NCBI GenBank assembly: GCA_951804945.1
Contig: OX638160.1
Coordinates: 23,560,001-23,624,000 of the forward strand
Origin: Podarcis cretensis
Lineage: Eukaryota
Direction: 5' to 3'
Length of the DNA: 64,000 nt
How positions within the stretch are numbered: position 1 is the first letter of the stretch; each line of letters opens with the position of its first letter. Shown piece after piece: positions 1-14,029 of this stretch. The notes beneath the pieces were generated by a model. It ran no database searches and had not been told where the DNA came from. It saw nothing but the letters and a program-made list of their open reading frames with translations. Position numbers and translations under genes: made by a program.

Positions 1-2070
1 CTCTGGAGAGTTGTGGGGAAACTCCAGAAGATATCTGGGCTGGGGGAGGAGAGGGGGGAAAGTTCTTGCACCAACAAGACAACTCTGTTGGATACAGCCC
101 TCAGTGTTTCTGATGTATAAGAAACTATTATTGTTTTATTGTAGTGTAATAAATGCAAAGTAGTATTGTTAATAAAGAAGATATAAAAAAATAATGTTGT
201 CCATTTCTCCTAAAAACATGAATATACATCGCATCATAAAACAGATATCCACACATCTTTTGCTTGGCTTGCTAGCCATCTTTCATTTGTGGTTGCCACC
301 ATCCACCCAGCTCCAACTTCTCTAGTATGTTCAGCGAACTTGGGAGAGGGTCAATAGTTTATTCTACCTCCTGCAGGTCTTCAGAGAATGCAAGCAGCAG
401 CATGCATATTACTTCTTCCCCAATGCTTGTAGTTAGGAAGTGGGGAAGTGGGATGTGTCTGTTTTCCTTCACTATGATTTTACAGAGGGAAACAAAACGA
501 AACACCCTCTCCTTCTTCATATTTGCAGAGAATCCACTTGCCAGAGAGATGGTACTTGTCACTGGCAAAATGAGCATTTTGGCATAATCTGCCTTTATAA
601 ATTTTGCATTTATATACTTTTTGAGCCATTTTTGCTGGAAAGGCAATAAATTATATCATTCAATAAAGTATCTGAAAAACATGGACATAGGAATGCAATC
701 TTTTTTAAGGTTCTGGATGAAATCCTTCTAAAAAAAAATGTTTGCTGTTGAAATGTACAAGTTTAATAATCAAAATATCATTCAACCAATAAGAGCGACC
801 ACAAAACTTCAGCAGCTATTGCAACCAAAATAAAAAAACCAACTATATATATATATATGCACGTATAAACTATACGTGTTCCAACAATTTTCATTTGCAG
901 TTTTAATCACTCCTGTGCCTCTTTACAAAGTCCCTAACTTTGGAGCCAATCTCTACTGCAGATGGTATGCAAAAGCCACCTAGGAGTAATATAAATCCTG
1001 AGTTTTTCCACTTTTTCTTTCCCTCCCTTAGCAGAGCAAAGCTTGTGCAAAAGAGCCAAGGAAGGGGGCAGGTGTCAGTCATTACTTGTTTTCCCACCTG
1101 GGCAAGAGTGAGTGAGAAGTGGGTGAAGAAGGCATCCCGGGGAGTATGATAGCTCTTCCATCCTCAGCTCTTCTTGTCTGGAGGTCAGGGGCACCAAGTG
1201 GAAGGTGAAGCAGCAGCCCCAAGCAAGAGATGAGAAGATAACCCTGTCTCTGCTGTTCCAGCAGCAACCAAACCACTCTGTCCCTTTATACCATTGCAAA
1301 TGGTTCTTCCTTCCTCAGAAGCAGTTCAATGAGCCACAAGAGGGATGCCAGCACCATTAGCTACGGAAAACCTCTGCACTCTGTCACCCTACCAGATAGC
1401 CATCACCAGGAAACAGTGTAATAGTGGATGTATTAGAGGAGATAGAGATGGGTAGCTTTATTTAGAGGAAAGGCAAAGAGAGCATAATCTCAATTGGGCA
1501 ATCTTGTTTTGATATATGAATGCCCCCTTCCCCCCCAAAAAAACAGGTAAATGAGCATAGTATCTGACAGAATTAACAGTAGCTGCAGAATGAAATCTAA
1601 ATATTTATGCCTATGCTCTCATTTTTTTGTATTTATTTGTTCTGTTGCTGTAAAAAACTTTTTAAAAATCATAGTCTTCCTTAGAAATATGCTTTTAAAA
1701 AAATGTACTTTTCTGTTTTCATATTTATTACATTCGCTTATGTAATATTATTTACATACCATAGGCGTACTCTCAGGTAAATTCATACAGCCGTCTTAAA
1801 AAATACTTTAAAAACAACTAATATTAATCACCAATCCAGACAGAATCAGCAAGCAGCACTTTCTTAAGCTTAGTTAAGAGACCAGAGCAAGTTTTCATAG
1901 AGTATATATTTTGCTGCTGCAGCCAAACAATTTGTTTCCAATTTCTTAACGATTGTTAAAGGATTGCCAGCATGATCTGCAGAAAGGCTAAAAGCATCTG
2001 TTGCTGTGCTACACTTTAGTAAAACATTGCCAATTATCATCAGTTATTTTTAAACAAATAGACTGCAGTG

Positions 2071-2151
2071 GTGCTATCCTATACACATTTATTCTGGAGC
2101 TGAACTCCATGATACTCCATTAATTGTGAGTAGACATGTATAGGATTGTAC
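2071..2151. repeat. Short palindromic MITE-like repeat (one of about 10 copies in the window)
   Basis: gtgctatcctatacac...catgtataggattgtac inverted ends. Related copies at about 12085-12165, 19061-19140, 45190-45272, 50503-50590, 50635-50722, 52273-52345 and 58455-58540. Confidence 0.65.
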
Positions 2152-2537
2152 TGTTATACTGTTTGAAATCATTATTTTATTTAAAACTGAGGGAAAGCTT
2201 TACTTCCCCTTCTTTGTCCAAAAAACACATTACCAACTACCATTTGGACATTAAAAAGTCATAGTAACTAACTAAAAACAAAGGTATTCATTCTGCAAGC
2301 TCAGAGGAGTAAGATGTGATATGTCTTTACTACATGCAGAAGAGTTATGCCATCTGTGGAAACATTTATTGATAGAATTCAGTATCTAAACCAAATCCTG
2401 AACTGGATGCACTTTAATATAATCAGAAGAACTAGCTATGAAAGTAGGTAGTGCAGTGGGCAATGATAATTCTATAAAAGATCTATATTCAAAATAATAT
2501 TTGGCAGATTGGCTTTCTTTCTGCTGAGAAAATAGTA

Positions 2538-2838
2538 CAGTGGTGCCTCGCAAGACGAAAATAATCCGTTCCGCGAGTCTCTTCATCTAGCGGTTTTTTT
2601 GTCTTGCGAAGCATCCCTATTAGCGGCTTAGCGGATTAGCGCTATTAGCGGCTTAGCGGCTATTAGCGGCTTAGAAAAAGGGGGGGAGGGGAAAACTCGC
2701 AAGACTCGCAAGACGTTTTCGTCTTGCGAAGCAAGCCCATAGGGAAATTCATCTTGCAAAGCGCCTCGAAAAATGGAAAACCCTTTCGTCTAGCGGGTTT
2801 TTCGTCTTGCGAGGCATTCGTCTTGCGGGGCACCACTG
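2538..2838. mobile_element. Tc1/mariner (pogo/Tigger-like) MITE
   Basis: TIRs cagtggtgcctcgcaagacgaa / ttcgtcttgcggggcaccactg flanked by TA on both sides. Internal repeats of cgtcttgcga and a ttagcggc tandem array; CpGs retained, so probably young. Confidence 0.9.
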
Positions 2839-4249
2839 TACCTAAAGTACTACTAAAAAATGGCACAAATGTCTAGCTGAATGCTGAGGTACAAAGTATA
2901 TAATGGACTGTAAACCTGCTTTCCTGATAAGGACAATAAAAACAATAAACAAATCAACATCAAGGGAATAATGCATGTTATCATATAAACACAATAACCC
3001 AAGATTACAACTACCCAATCTTAAAAACTGAACATTACGTAATAATATGTTTTAAACATGGATGAATGAATTTTCACATTTATTTACAAATTCAGCAATA
3101 ACATTTGTACAGGAAAACAACTTGGCATGGTCTATATGAATCATTTAGTTTATTTAAAAGTGAAGTAAATACTCCCAATGCTGTATGCATTCGGCTGGCA
3201 TGATATATTCCCATAGTTTATTCATCTCAAATTTAGAGGTGAGGAAGTACCTTAGATTGGCTTCCTGCAAAATTACAGATCAAAAGTAAATACTTTCAAA
3301 AAAGCTCAAAGTAAACTAGAGGACAGGCACAAGAGGTAGACACATTGAGCTGCTTTATGTGTAATGCCAAATCACATCTTGGCAGTACATGAATGAGCTC
3401 TGTACTCAGGTACTCTGCATCTTTGTTTGATTAAACCATAGTTTGCCATTACATCCAAACTGGCAAACGAGGACTGCAATCCTAATTGAAGTGGAATACA
3501 CAATGGAGGATGGACCAAGAGGGGAAGTGGATGGGCACAGGGCTTCTTCCCATAGCTCCAAAGCATGGGAAGAACTCATATGGGTATAATTTCCAGCTGT
3601 TGGTGTTACATGTGAACCAAACCATATATGGAAGACAGAATGCAATCCGTTAATATTAACAGATTTGTTTTGCTCCATCAACATATAAATGATAAACTAG
3701 GAATTAGATATCAATATCAGCTTCAGTGCTCAAGAATTCAAATTCCATCAGCATTAATTTAAGAAACACTAGTGGGAGAAATCTATTCATCAGCTCAAAA
3801 CAATTTATGATTGTCCATATTATGCTTGATGCATAAACCGCTATCTCAACAGATCCTACCAATTTCAGCAATTCATATAGAAACTGTATTTGAAGACGCT
3901 GAGCTCTTTCAGAACTAAAGAGAAAAGGCTATTAGAGACTTCTACTGACACTTTAGAATTAAAGAATGCCAGTTTTTAAGCTGGAAAAGAATTAGTGCAG
4001 GTAAACACAATCTGTATGTGAGAGTGACAAACATTTGCAATCACAATAATATACGACAAAAAGTATATTTATGTTAACACTTTCCATATACTCTGTTACA
4101 CAAACCTTAAGTATCAGAAGATAAATTCCATCCCCAAAGTAACTAGAGAATCACATTTCCACAATCCTAATTGAAAGGAGATTTCAGTCTCCAGTATTAT
4201 TCTTAAATATATATAGAACAGTAACTCTAAATATGGCAGTTGTAGATGT

Positions 4250-4372
4250 TCCGGGCTGAGATATAGTGACTATTCCAAGGTCACCATATAAGCTTCATAG
4301 TTGAATGTGGGTTTACACTTGGGTCTCCTCCGTGCCAGCTCTGCAGCACTCTAAGCGCTACAGCACCCTGTC
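4250..4372 (-). mobile_element. MIR/CORE-type SINE fragment
   Basis: ggctgaga..agtgact.ttccaaggtcacc...gggtctcc...cactctaagcgctacagcacc matches the reversed tRNA head and core of amniote MIR-like SINEs. Confidence 0.6.
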
Positions 4373-4558
4373 ATGCAAACCTAGCTACACTTGATTTAAA
4401 AAAGTGTAGACAGACACACAGTAATCACTTCCCATATCTTGAAGCTACTCCATGGTAAAAAAAGTTATGTGCTAATTATCCAGCATACAGTTATACAAGT
4501 TCATAGGAGAAATTAAAATAGGATTTTCTTTCTCTCAAATACAGAGAATTCTTGCAGG

Positions 4559-4681
4559 CAGTGCTATTTTTCTAGAAAAAGAGGTGCCAGAACTCACCGT
4601 GAATGCCTCACTCATTCTCTTATAATGGCAGTAGTGCCCACCTGAGAGATGCTGGTGAGTTCCAGTTGAAAAAAAGCCCTG
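4559..4681. mobile_element. hAT-type MITE
   Basis: TIRs cagtgctatttttc / gaaaaaaagccctg; 8-bp TSD cttgcagg / gttgcagg (7/8 match). Confidence 0.8.
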
Positions 4682-5471
4682 GTTGCAGGTTTGGTTCAGA
4701 CATTATTCTGATTGAGTATCAAACCATGTTTCAGTGATTAGAACACATCCTAGTTTTGTGTACCGCTTCTCCCTCCCATGCATATTTTCCCTCCCTTTGT
4801 GGCAATTTAACCAGAAGAATTTCAAGGCTAAAGAAGCAATCAAAGGAGACCTATAATTTATGAGTTTCTCTACCCAACATCTTATATCAGGATGTTGTAA
4901 CTGGTATATAGTTACTACTGACCACCACTGGTTCTCAAACTAAACTATGGAAACTAGGCGTATATCCCGGTTTAATTTAGCATCGTTTTATTGCTTGAGA
5001 GCAAACTTTTGTTAGCAGTAGCTGTGATTATGCTGGTTCAGATACCCCAATGAATCACAGTCATTGCTAAACAGCGAAAGGCAGTGAAAAAGTAAATGAG
5101 TCCAAAGGGGAACAGGGAGTGGGGCGTGCAAGCCTGCAGAGCATTCTCAACCACCGAAGCACAATTTGGTAAATACAGTAACAGGATATCTGAATGCCAC
5201 AGTCTAGGCAAATGTTGCAAACTGTGATTTGAGGAGCCAAAACACTTAACTGTGTTGCTACATCCAATGTAACAACCAAGTTACATAACAGCCAATAGTA
5301 GTAGAAATAATAAATAATGGTTTTCTAGACATATATTCCAGAGGACTGGCTATGTTACTCGGTTTTAGCAAAAGCAATTTCTGCCAGTACACTTTTTTGT
5401 AGTACTGTATACTTTCTGTAACTAGACTTCATCTTGTGCAGATTATATTGCAGTGATGTAACCTCAAAGTT

Positions 5472-5844
5472 AAGGGGCACGGGTGGCGCTGTGGTCTAAA
5501 CCACTGAGACTTGGGCTTGCTTATCAAAAGGTCGGCGGTTCAAATCCCCTCAATGGGGTGAGCTCCTGTTGCTCAGTCCCAGCTCCTGCCAACCTAGCAG
5601 TTCGAAAGCACGCCAAAAAGTGCAAGTATATTAATAGGTACTGCTCCGGTGGGAAGGTAAACAGCATTTCCGTGCGCTGCTCCGGTTTCACCAGAAGCGG
5701 CTTAGTCATGCTGGCCACATGACCTGGAAAAACTGTCTGCAAAAGCGGACAAACACCGGCTCCCTCGGCCTGTAAAGCGAGATGAGCGCCGTAACTCGAG
5801 AGTCGTTCGCAACTGGACTTAACTGTCAGGGGTCCCTTTACCTT
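5472..5844 (+). mobile_element. Sauria SINE (tRNA-derived), full length
   Basis: A box TGGCGCTGTGG, B-box-like GGTTCAAATCC, conserved core cctgccaacctagcagttcgaaagcac, (ACCTTT)n tail; 13-bp TSD taacctcaaagtt at 5459-5471 and 5845-5857. Confidence 0.93.
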
Positions 5845-8261
5845 TAACCTCAAAGTTGTGGAAACAACTGAAACCACTGCAGGATTTCAATAGGAAGGTG
5901 AAAAGTAATACGTCAGGATTCACCTAACACACTCTGTCAGTGAAAGTCCTTCTCCGACACACATGCACACAAAATTGGCTCTGGGGAGGTCAGGAGAACA
6001 CCCAGAACAGTGTGGGGACTGTTTGTAATAGCATGACACTGAATTCCACCCATAGCCTTCTGATCAGGCTGTTGCAGCAGAAATGTGTTTCCTACAATCT
6101 CTTCCTATGGAAGGGCAATTTAATCAGAATCATCTCAAGGCTTATGAATTATGGGTCTCCCTACCTTTTCCTACCCAAGTGCATTACGATTCTGCTCCAA
6201 AGATAAAATATAAAAACTACAGCTAGTTGTAGTGCTAGCAAAATGGCAGAGCACGGCACTCAAATGTCACTATCCCCAGATACTTCCCTTGGACTTCGTG
6301 GAAGACAGGAATGTTGGCAAGTAGTTGTGTGAAAAGGGGGCTCTGGCAGCTCCTCCTCCTCCTGTAATTCTTTCCCTAGGCTACTGCTCTACATACCATC
6401 CCTGCATAGACATATCAGCTGAAGCAGACTGAAAACAAACAAAACCAAGTAAGAAAACCCAAGCCACACATTCCAAAAATTCAGACATACCGGTACATAA
6501 TATCTCAATTTTTATTACAAATTAATATTGGAATGGCTCCTGGTTCTATCTTCATAATTCCCAACATAAATTTGAATAACTGAATAATTTGGGGTGGAGG
6601 AGATAAGACTCACTCTTACTCTAAACATGTAGTGTCTTAGGGTAAAGCATACTTTAGATGTGCATTAAGTCATATGGAAAGGCCAACACATAGTTGAAGG
6701 AAAAGTCACCAAGTTAACCTAAATACAGACAGCTGAGTGCGAACCAAGAACATAACTGTCCCACCAAGCCATTTCCAACTGAGATCAGCAGAGGAAAAGT
6801 CTGCAGACTGTGGCATAGGAAGAGACTTCTTTTCCAGCAGTGATGCCATAACCACTGCAGAGCTTTCATCTCCAACTTCAGTATGATGTGACTCCCAGCT
6901 GTGCTTTAAATGTCTGCTTGCCCTTACCTGTTCTCAGTAGAAAAACACTCAGGGGCAGCCCTGTCTTATAGTCAAAGGACAGGCTGTTGTTCTACAGTTC
7001 AATCAGTTTGTCACAAAGGTTACAATGAAGCTCACCCTGTGCTATCTTCCCAGTGTCCAGCAATCCTGCACGCTGCCTATATCTCATAGGACAGAACATC
7101 CAGGTTTTCCACCAACCTGAAAGGGTCACATGAACTCTCAAAAGACCATCAGACTACAACTATTAAGTCTAGTTTATTTCCTACCAACTACTAGGCTCAT
7201 TACAGAATAACCATACTTAACTGGCTCAGAGAAGCATGTTATGGGGTTTTGTCAAGCTTTTGAAAAACAGCAGTAGCAGTAAGCTGCTGTCTTGTTTCCA
7301 TTTATAGTGTACAGCATATTTGAATTTGAGTAGAGGAAGTATGCCTCCTACCACAATGCAGCTCCCTCCTATGCACGCAGCTGGCAGGCATAGTAAACCT
7401 TGTATGTGGTGGCAGAAGGGTGGGAAACATAAAGTACAAGTAACCACACAAATACAATCTATTCTGTGTGGCTCAGTTTTCCTTTCCAATGCTATGTAAG
7501 ATCCCTTTCAAAGCACAGAACCCACAGAACTATGCAAGCCTAATTACACGGAGCCACAGTATTTTGAGAGCTATCTTAGAATAAGAAATGACACCAGAAA
7601 ACATATTGGCCTAGCAAATATTTCAGCAGTTTCAGGCCTGGTAAATCTAATTTAAGACCAATAGAAAAGGAAACTATGGCAATGAGTTGCCACATGCTGA
7701 TTTGGGCTTCTTTTGGCAGCTTATGGACTCTGTGGTTCTGTGGGGAGATACCTTTTCTAACGATTCCAGGAGTCATACATTATTTTAGGCAATTGGAAGC
7801 ATAAGGGGAAATTCCAAGCACACATTTTGGTTGCCTGGGAAAGATTATATTTAGTAACTTCTGTGGTCTTCAGATTGCTATAAAACAAAGTATTTTTTAA
7901 ACACGATGCTAGAGAAGGCATTTTTAAGCTATCTCTTTTGTAGACCATCATTTAGTTTGGCTACGACTTCTCCCTTTGCAGTATGACTAGCTGACAAACA
8001 CAAATTCATTTAAAAAAAAATGTAAATTCACTTTACATCATTCCTTTATTTTTGATAATTGGAATTTTGGAGTTAGTAGATTTTTGTTTCTTTCAATAAA
8101 AAATTCAAACTATATTATAGTGTTAATTATCGGTATCATGACATTTTAAATTTATCTTTAAAATTACAGTAAGAGTTAACCATGATATATGTTTGTATAA
8201 CATGTACACAGTTCAACATGTCACAATTAAAAAGCACTGTCAAATATACCCTGGTAATATC

Positions 8262-8836
8262 CAGCTTGGCCAAGGGAGTGCTACACCAGTGACCTCCCCC
8301 CAGGGCGCAAGCCTGGGGCTTTGGATATAGAGGTCCTGGGCTGCCCAGACGACAAGACCCCCCTGTTGGCCTTGCTGGTGTGTTCCAAAGGAAAGCAGAA
8401 CAGTACGTTTGGCACCAGCTTGGCTGCAGGAGTTGCTGGAAGGAGGCAAGGCAGTGGAGGTTTAGGATCAGAGTTTTCCTTCTCCTTGATGGGTTACCTT
8501 CCCAGGTTAATGAGCCCCATCTGCATCTCACTTCCCTCTATAGCACATGCATAAACCACCTTCTTGACCACTGGACCAACTACTCGTTTCATCCCCTTAC
8601 TCAACCAAATCCCGTCATCGCATGCAGGGGAAGTCCTTGATCCACTGAGGGTTGAGACCAATCAGCAACCCTCACCTGATTTAGCGAGCCAGTCAATTCC
8701 ATTTCCCGGGGTATGGCCACTGTCACATGCTGGCAGCTTCTAGGAGCCACAGGTGAGAGCTGAATGCAGGGTGGGGACCAAAGGTAGCCAAACTACTCCA
8801 GAAGGAGCACAACATGTCCCCCACCAGAGGTACCAT
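8262..8836 (-). mobile_element. Non-autonomous retroelement resembling an RTE-clade 5' region
   Basis: GC-rich island in an AT-rich intron. The minus strand contains ggagaaggaaaactctgatcctaaacctcc and gggcagcccaggacctc, which I recognise from squamate RTE-related repeats. No coding capacity; family assignment is from memory. Confidence 0.6.
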
Positions 8837-11800
8837 GCCTCCTGTCACACCTGAAATGTGCTCCAAGGGTTTGGAAAGTGTAGCTGATGCAGAATGGTGT
8901 GGCAAGATTGCTTCCAGGTACATTTTACAAAGATCATGTCATTCCCTTTTTGTTTGATCTCATTGGCTCCCAATTTGTTTCCAGGAACAATTCACGGAAA
9001 TAGTTATTATATGGGGCTTGGGCACCAAGTCCACCGTTCTGAATGACAAATTTAATAAAGTAAAATATCAATACTGCAATAAATAAATATGATGATTTGA
9101 AAAGGCAAACTTCTAGCAAATGCCAATAACAAAAACATATAGCAAAACCATATATAGAGCATGACACCTAAATTAGATATTCAGAAGTTTATTATGATCA
9201 ACAGGTCAAAAAGACAAAATACAAAACTGCAGCCTCATTGAAGCAAAATGTTTAACACCTGACAGTCTAAGAACAAGAAATATGACGCCATTCAGATATT
9301 TTGCCACCTGCTCTGTAACAAGATCAACTAGGAAGCCATCATATAAAAGGATATACAATACATTCTCTAAGCTCCTGATAAAAACTACAGTAAAAGAACA
9401 CATGAAACTGTTTTGGTCTTTGTGTGGTTACATGGACAGCCTCTATCTTTAAATGAAAGCTCTCTAGCAATTCTGCCATCTAAACTCTTTGAAGAATTAA
9501 TATTAAAATGGTCCAATAAAATACTCTTCTGTACTGAGGCATTGGTATTGACACACCATTATTAGAAGCAGATGAAGCCAGGACCAATGACGTACAGTAG
9601 ATGTTCCCCTAGCTAATAGATGTAGCTCTTGCCCGCCTATATATTTATTCTCTATTCAACTACTAATTCCAGTGAGAGCAGAAAACAGGAGAAAAACCAA
9701 CAGCAGTTTTTTTCACTTAACTCGCTTTTCCAGAAAGACACAAAGCAGCACCTGACAGACCAGAGAGTTGGAAGAGGTAAAGGAGCAAATTTGAAGCCAA
9801 TAATGAATTGAGTATGTCCATGCCAAGCTACTTAATGAGCTAAAACTGACTTCCAAATTAAAAGCAGCACCAGCAACACATTTAGGTATAGTTCTAAGAA
9901 AGGAAGACTGAATTCCTTCCAAAGAAAAGTTGAGTCCTGGAAACAAGATTGAGGCTCCAAACAAAATCTGGGTCACAACTTTTTGCAGCCTACATACATA
10001 TGGTTGCTGAAACAAATTTACTTCCTTTTGTGTAGAAAAATCCAATTAATGTTATTATTGTATGCTTTGCTTTGACCTTTGCTAATTTGTCCTGCACTTC
10101 CTAACTGGTAGATTCATGAAACAATATCCCAAGATACTTATCCATACCCATGGCTGAAGTTCACTTGGCCTTCCCTTTTGGAAAGACCATTAACTTTTGA
10201 CTTCTCATAGTTAATATTTGTTTCAATAACAATCTGCAATAATCTGCAAGTCATCTAAGTCCCAAGTGAGTTTGCAAGGTTAAAACAGCATCATCTGCAT
10301 ATAATAAAATGTAAACAGCTGAATTATACACATTGGACCATAAATTTCACCTAAAACTCTTAAGAACAAGCATCCATTTAAAAAACAACCCCAAAAGCAA
10401 CAGCTATGAGATGAGAGCAAATCAGCTATGATACTACCATTAATTATAATAAAGAATAAACGGTGACCCAAATGTAAATAGCCATCCCTATAAAGCCAGC
10501 TTGTTCATCAATCAATGAAAGAAATTGACACAACAAATCTATATGTGCAGTTTCACAGACAAAGGGGAGACCAAGAAGACTTCAAAAGTATCTCTATTCC
10601 CCTGCCCAGAAAACCCCAGCATCAAAATGTCACTTCAGCATACAAAGACATACCCCAAACATAATATCAACTGGTGGTTAGGCTCTTTCCCCTTCTAAAG
10701 GCACCAATTTTCTAGCCAGTGTAATGTAACAGGGAGATCTTAAGTCCTACTGTAAACCCTGAAAGGACTTTCTGGCACATCTAACACAATGAATTCTTCA
10801 TTCTATCTGCAGCATCAACATTTTCTTCAGTGCAATACAAAGAGATGCATTTCACAGCAACAAAGTTTTAAATAAGGAAAAAAATGTTATATATCGTTTT
10901 GGTTGGTTGCTCTTTCAGTCAGTTTTATTTTGTTCACATACTGCATGTTGTCTTCATACAGTGCAGATCGGCTTGGTAGCTCTTCCAAAGAGCTGGAAAT
11001 GCTTGTTGAACAAGTGTAGCAAGGAGTTCCCCACCCACGTTTTCATTATGACTTGAAGAAGGATACACACTAAAATGAACAGTTCATTAATGCCTGCTCC
11101 TCCACTGCAACACAGCATAGGCTTTTAACTGTAAAACGTGTCTCTCATGTTTGCAATTATGGAAGAATCATGACATTTTCAAAACTTAAATTCATCTATC
11201 AAGGGATTTTGAAATTTTGTAAACCGAAATTAAATAAAACAGATTTCTTTGCAATTGCTACTGTTAAGAACAAATTGTTTACTTTAAAAACTGAGCTCTC
11301 AGGCTATAATCATTTAAAATGGTTTAGAAACTACCCAACAGACAAGCAGGCTCCAGCAATGTTCTATACAAGGGGACCTGCAAGAACATTTGGCAGTGTG
11401 CAGTGCTTCTGTTAAGGGCTCCAACCAGCCAGATATGCCCTTTTTCAGGATATTCTATATCAAATTCCTCTCCATCCCCCATTTTGCATTACTCCTCCTC
11501 CTCAAAAAGGCACTCTTCTGTGACCACTGAGCATACTTAACTGGCAATTGGCTCCTTTTGGATTCCCTCATATGCATGGATATTGCCACAAGGAACTACA
11601 CTCCAGGAATGAACTCCCTATTAGGTTCTATTATTCTAATGCTGCTAGCTTTAGTAACATAATATTAAAATATCCATACATCAATTTAAAATACAACTGA
11701 GTATCACGAATACCCCCCTCCCTGCAACAGTGGAAAAAACTGATTAGTAGTCAATAACTTGGTGTGACAAACGCACAAGTATATTCAAACTGCTCAGAAA

Positions 11801-14029
11801 GGTGGGGGGGAATGTAACTAGAATCCCAAGATAAAAGCTTCTTCATATTATGTATGGCCTAGAGACATGGTGAGGGAGGCAAAATCAAGAGCCTTGGTCA
11901 ATAATCTTGAGAAAGCCTCTAATTTTTGGCCTTCTACCCACTTATAAGATAGAAATGTCAACACACAGCTACTATGCCTCTTTCTGCATCATTAGGATAA
12001 TTAGGGTTATCTATGGATGGGAGCCAAAGAGCCCTTGTGCATATCTAAGGTACTTGCACACGTGTGCAGAGAAGCTGTTGATTTTAAGGGCAATCCTAAC
12101 CATAAGAAATAAATTATATTGAATTCAATGGATATTACTCCCATTGGGATTAGGATTGCAGCCTAAATATTTGAAAACAGAGTTTCCACTGTGCAAATTT
12201 ATCCCATCCAACCAGTGTGTCTAGTTCTCAGGCTGGCCTACACACAGGTCCTTTGTATTTCTTGCTCTGAGTCTGAAGGAAACAGTTTTTGGTTGTTGAA
12301 TGGGGAGGGGAAGGATTGTATTATTTTGTTTTAGTGTGTTGACTCACTGTTTGTAGTTTTTATTCTGAGTAGAGGTCTCAAAAGTTGGAAGTGGCCCAGG
12401 CCTCTCTAGACCTCTGAGAGGAACTGTCCAGAAGTACTAATGAAAGATGAGTCTATTATGCCAGTCATTTTCTCTCCTCTGACTCAGAGAACTCCAACTC
12501 AGAAGTCTTAACAGAACCACAGACTCTCCCAATCTGTCAAGGCAGGCTGGATGAGGCACCTTGTCTCACTTAAGGTGAAACTAGTAACTCAGATAGAGCT
12601 GCAGCTTCTATTAAGTCTGAACATCTGCCATGCTCAGGCAACATTTAATCTCTACTGTTATAGAGTCTCTAGCCTGAGTTTTGCACTGAGTTATCCAGGG
12701 TGCCAATGAATCTTGAAACCCTTGCATTGCCGTAACCCAGAGACTTTACCCTGCCTTGACTTCTTACTCTGGCGGCCTAAACCGGATTTTTTGCCTTGAT
12801 TCAGAACCCCTGTACTCTCAAAGCTATTGCCTGGAACAAAACAGGCACCCTCACTTTCACTATGTCTGTCTGCAGAAACATACTACTTGTTAGTTGCAGA
12901 TTGGATTAAAGTGAATCTAATTTAAAAGTATGTTAGCCACATTCTTTTCCACGATAGGATCGCTCTACCTACAACAAATCTATGGGCAGCTAATCACACT
13001 TCATCCACTACAGAAGTCATATTTATGACTGATACAACTTGAAACTACTCAGATTGACTGGAATTTTATAGATTTATTTATTTGCTAATTACATTTTATG
13101 AAATACAATTTCAGGATTGTGCCCCATCCCACATCACCAGCAAAAAGCTGAGCCGAGTTCAATGAATACCTTTCTGAATCCTAGCAAATATGGCCAAGTT
13201 GGAAAAGCAGAGACGTTTCCCGAACAAATAGTTCACAAAACAAGGTAACACTGAACATAGGCTTGGAATATCCAGACAGAGTCTACTCTCCTCTTATGGA
13301 GGTTTGAGTTATATCTGCTGCTTTAGTTCTATGCAATGGAAAACAAATAACTTAAAGCAATTATAAATTTGGTATTGTGAGCCAAAAATTTGCAAGTATT
13401 CACTTACCAACACTGAATCAACCTTCTTCCCTAAACTATCTAAAATCAAAGTATAAGAAGAACAAGTCAACAGGGATGCAATTAGTCTTTAGTGATTTAT
13501 TTTTTACAATTTACTGAGATTACAAATTTCCGTATAAATGATAATAGCATCGTGTATGTAATTACAATGCAGAAAAGATTGCAAGTACCACCAAAAGATC
13601 AGCCAACAACTTCTAGCTAGCTTTCTTCAACAGAAGTGAAATGGGTACATGAAAGATTGCAATAATAAGATATGCAGAAACTGATATTTTTAAGAACTAG
13701 TATGCTACTCATATAGTCAAATGAAAACCAGCTTCACTCTTATATTAAAAAATCTACAATAAAATCAATTGCATGCAAGAAACCCTACTCTAATCCCCTT
13801 TCCCCGCAACTTGAAACAAGGACACTGGTAGAATGAAATGTAAGGAACAAAAAGAAGAGTTCCTCCACTAGGTCTTGTTATCGCTGAATCAACATGCACA
13901 CAGTATTAATATAGCTGTTTCCCACACTGAAGAAACCAAACATCCTCATACATTTAATGATTACTGATTAAACATTTCGAAGGTGCTAACACAATAAAAG
14001 CAGATGTGTTATGTAACAGATCCACTTAC

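Noticed and set aside
2619-2673. Short repeated units suggestive of a CRISPR or telomeric array
   Set aside because: No unique spacers, eukaryotic context, unit is TTAGCGG rather than TTAGGG, and it lies inside a MITE.
5472-5560. tRNA-like A/B boxes (also near 25650 and 41270)
   Set aside because: These are SINE heads with TSDs and tails, not tRNA genes.
12400-12860. Possible solo LTR (similar impression at about 42640-43180)
   Set aside because: Composition is suggestive, but I could not define TG..CA ends with a matching TSD.
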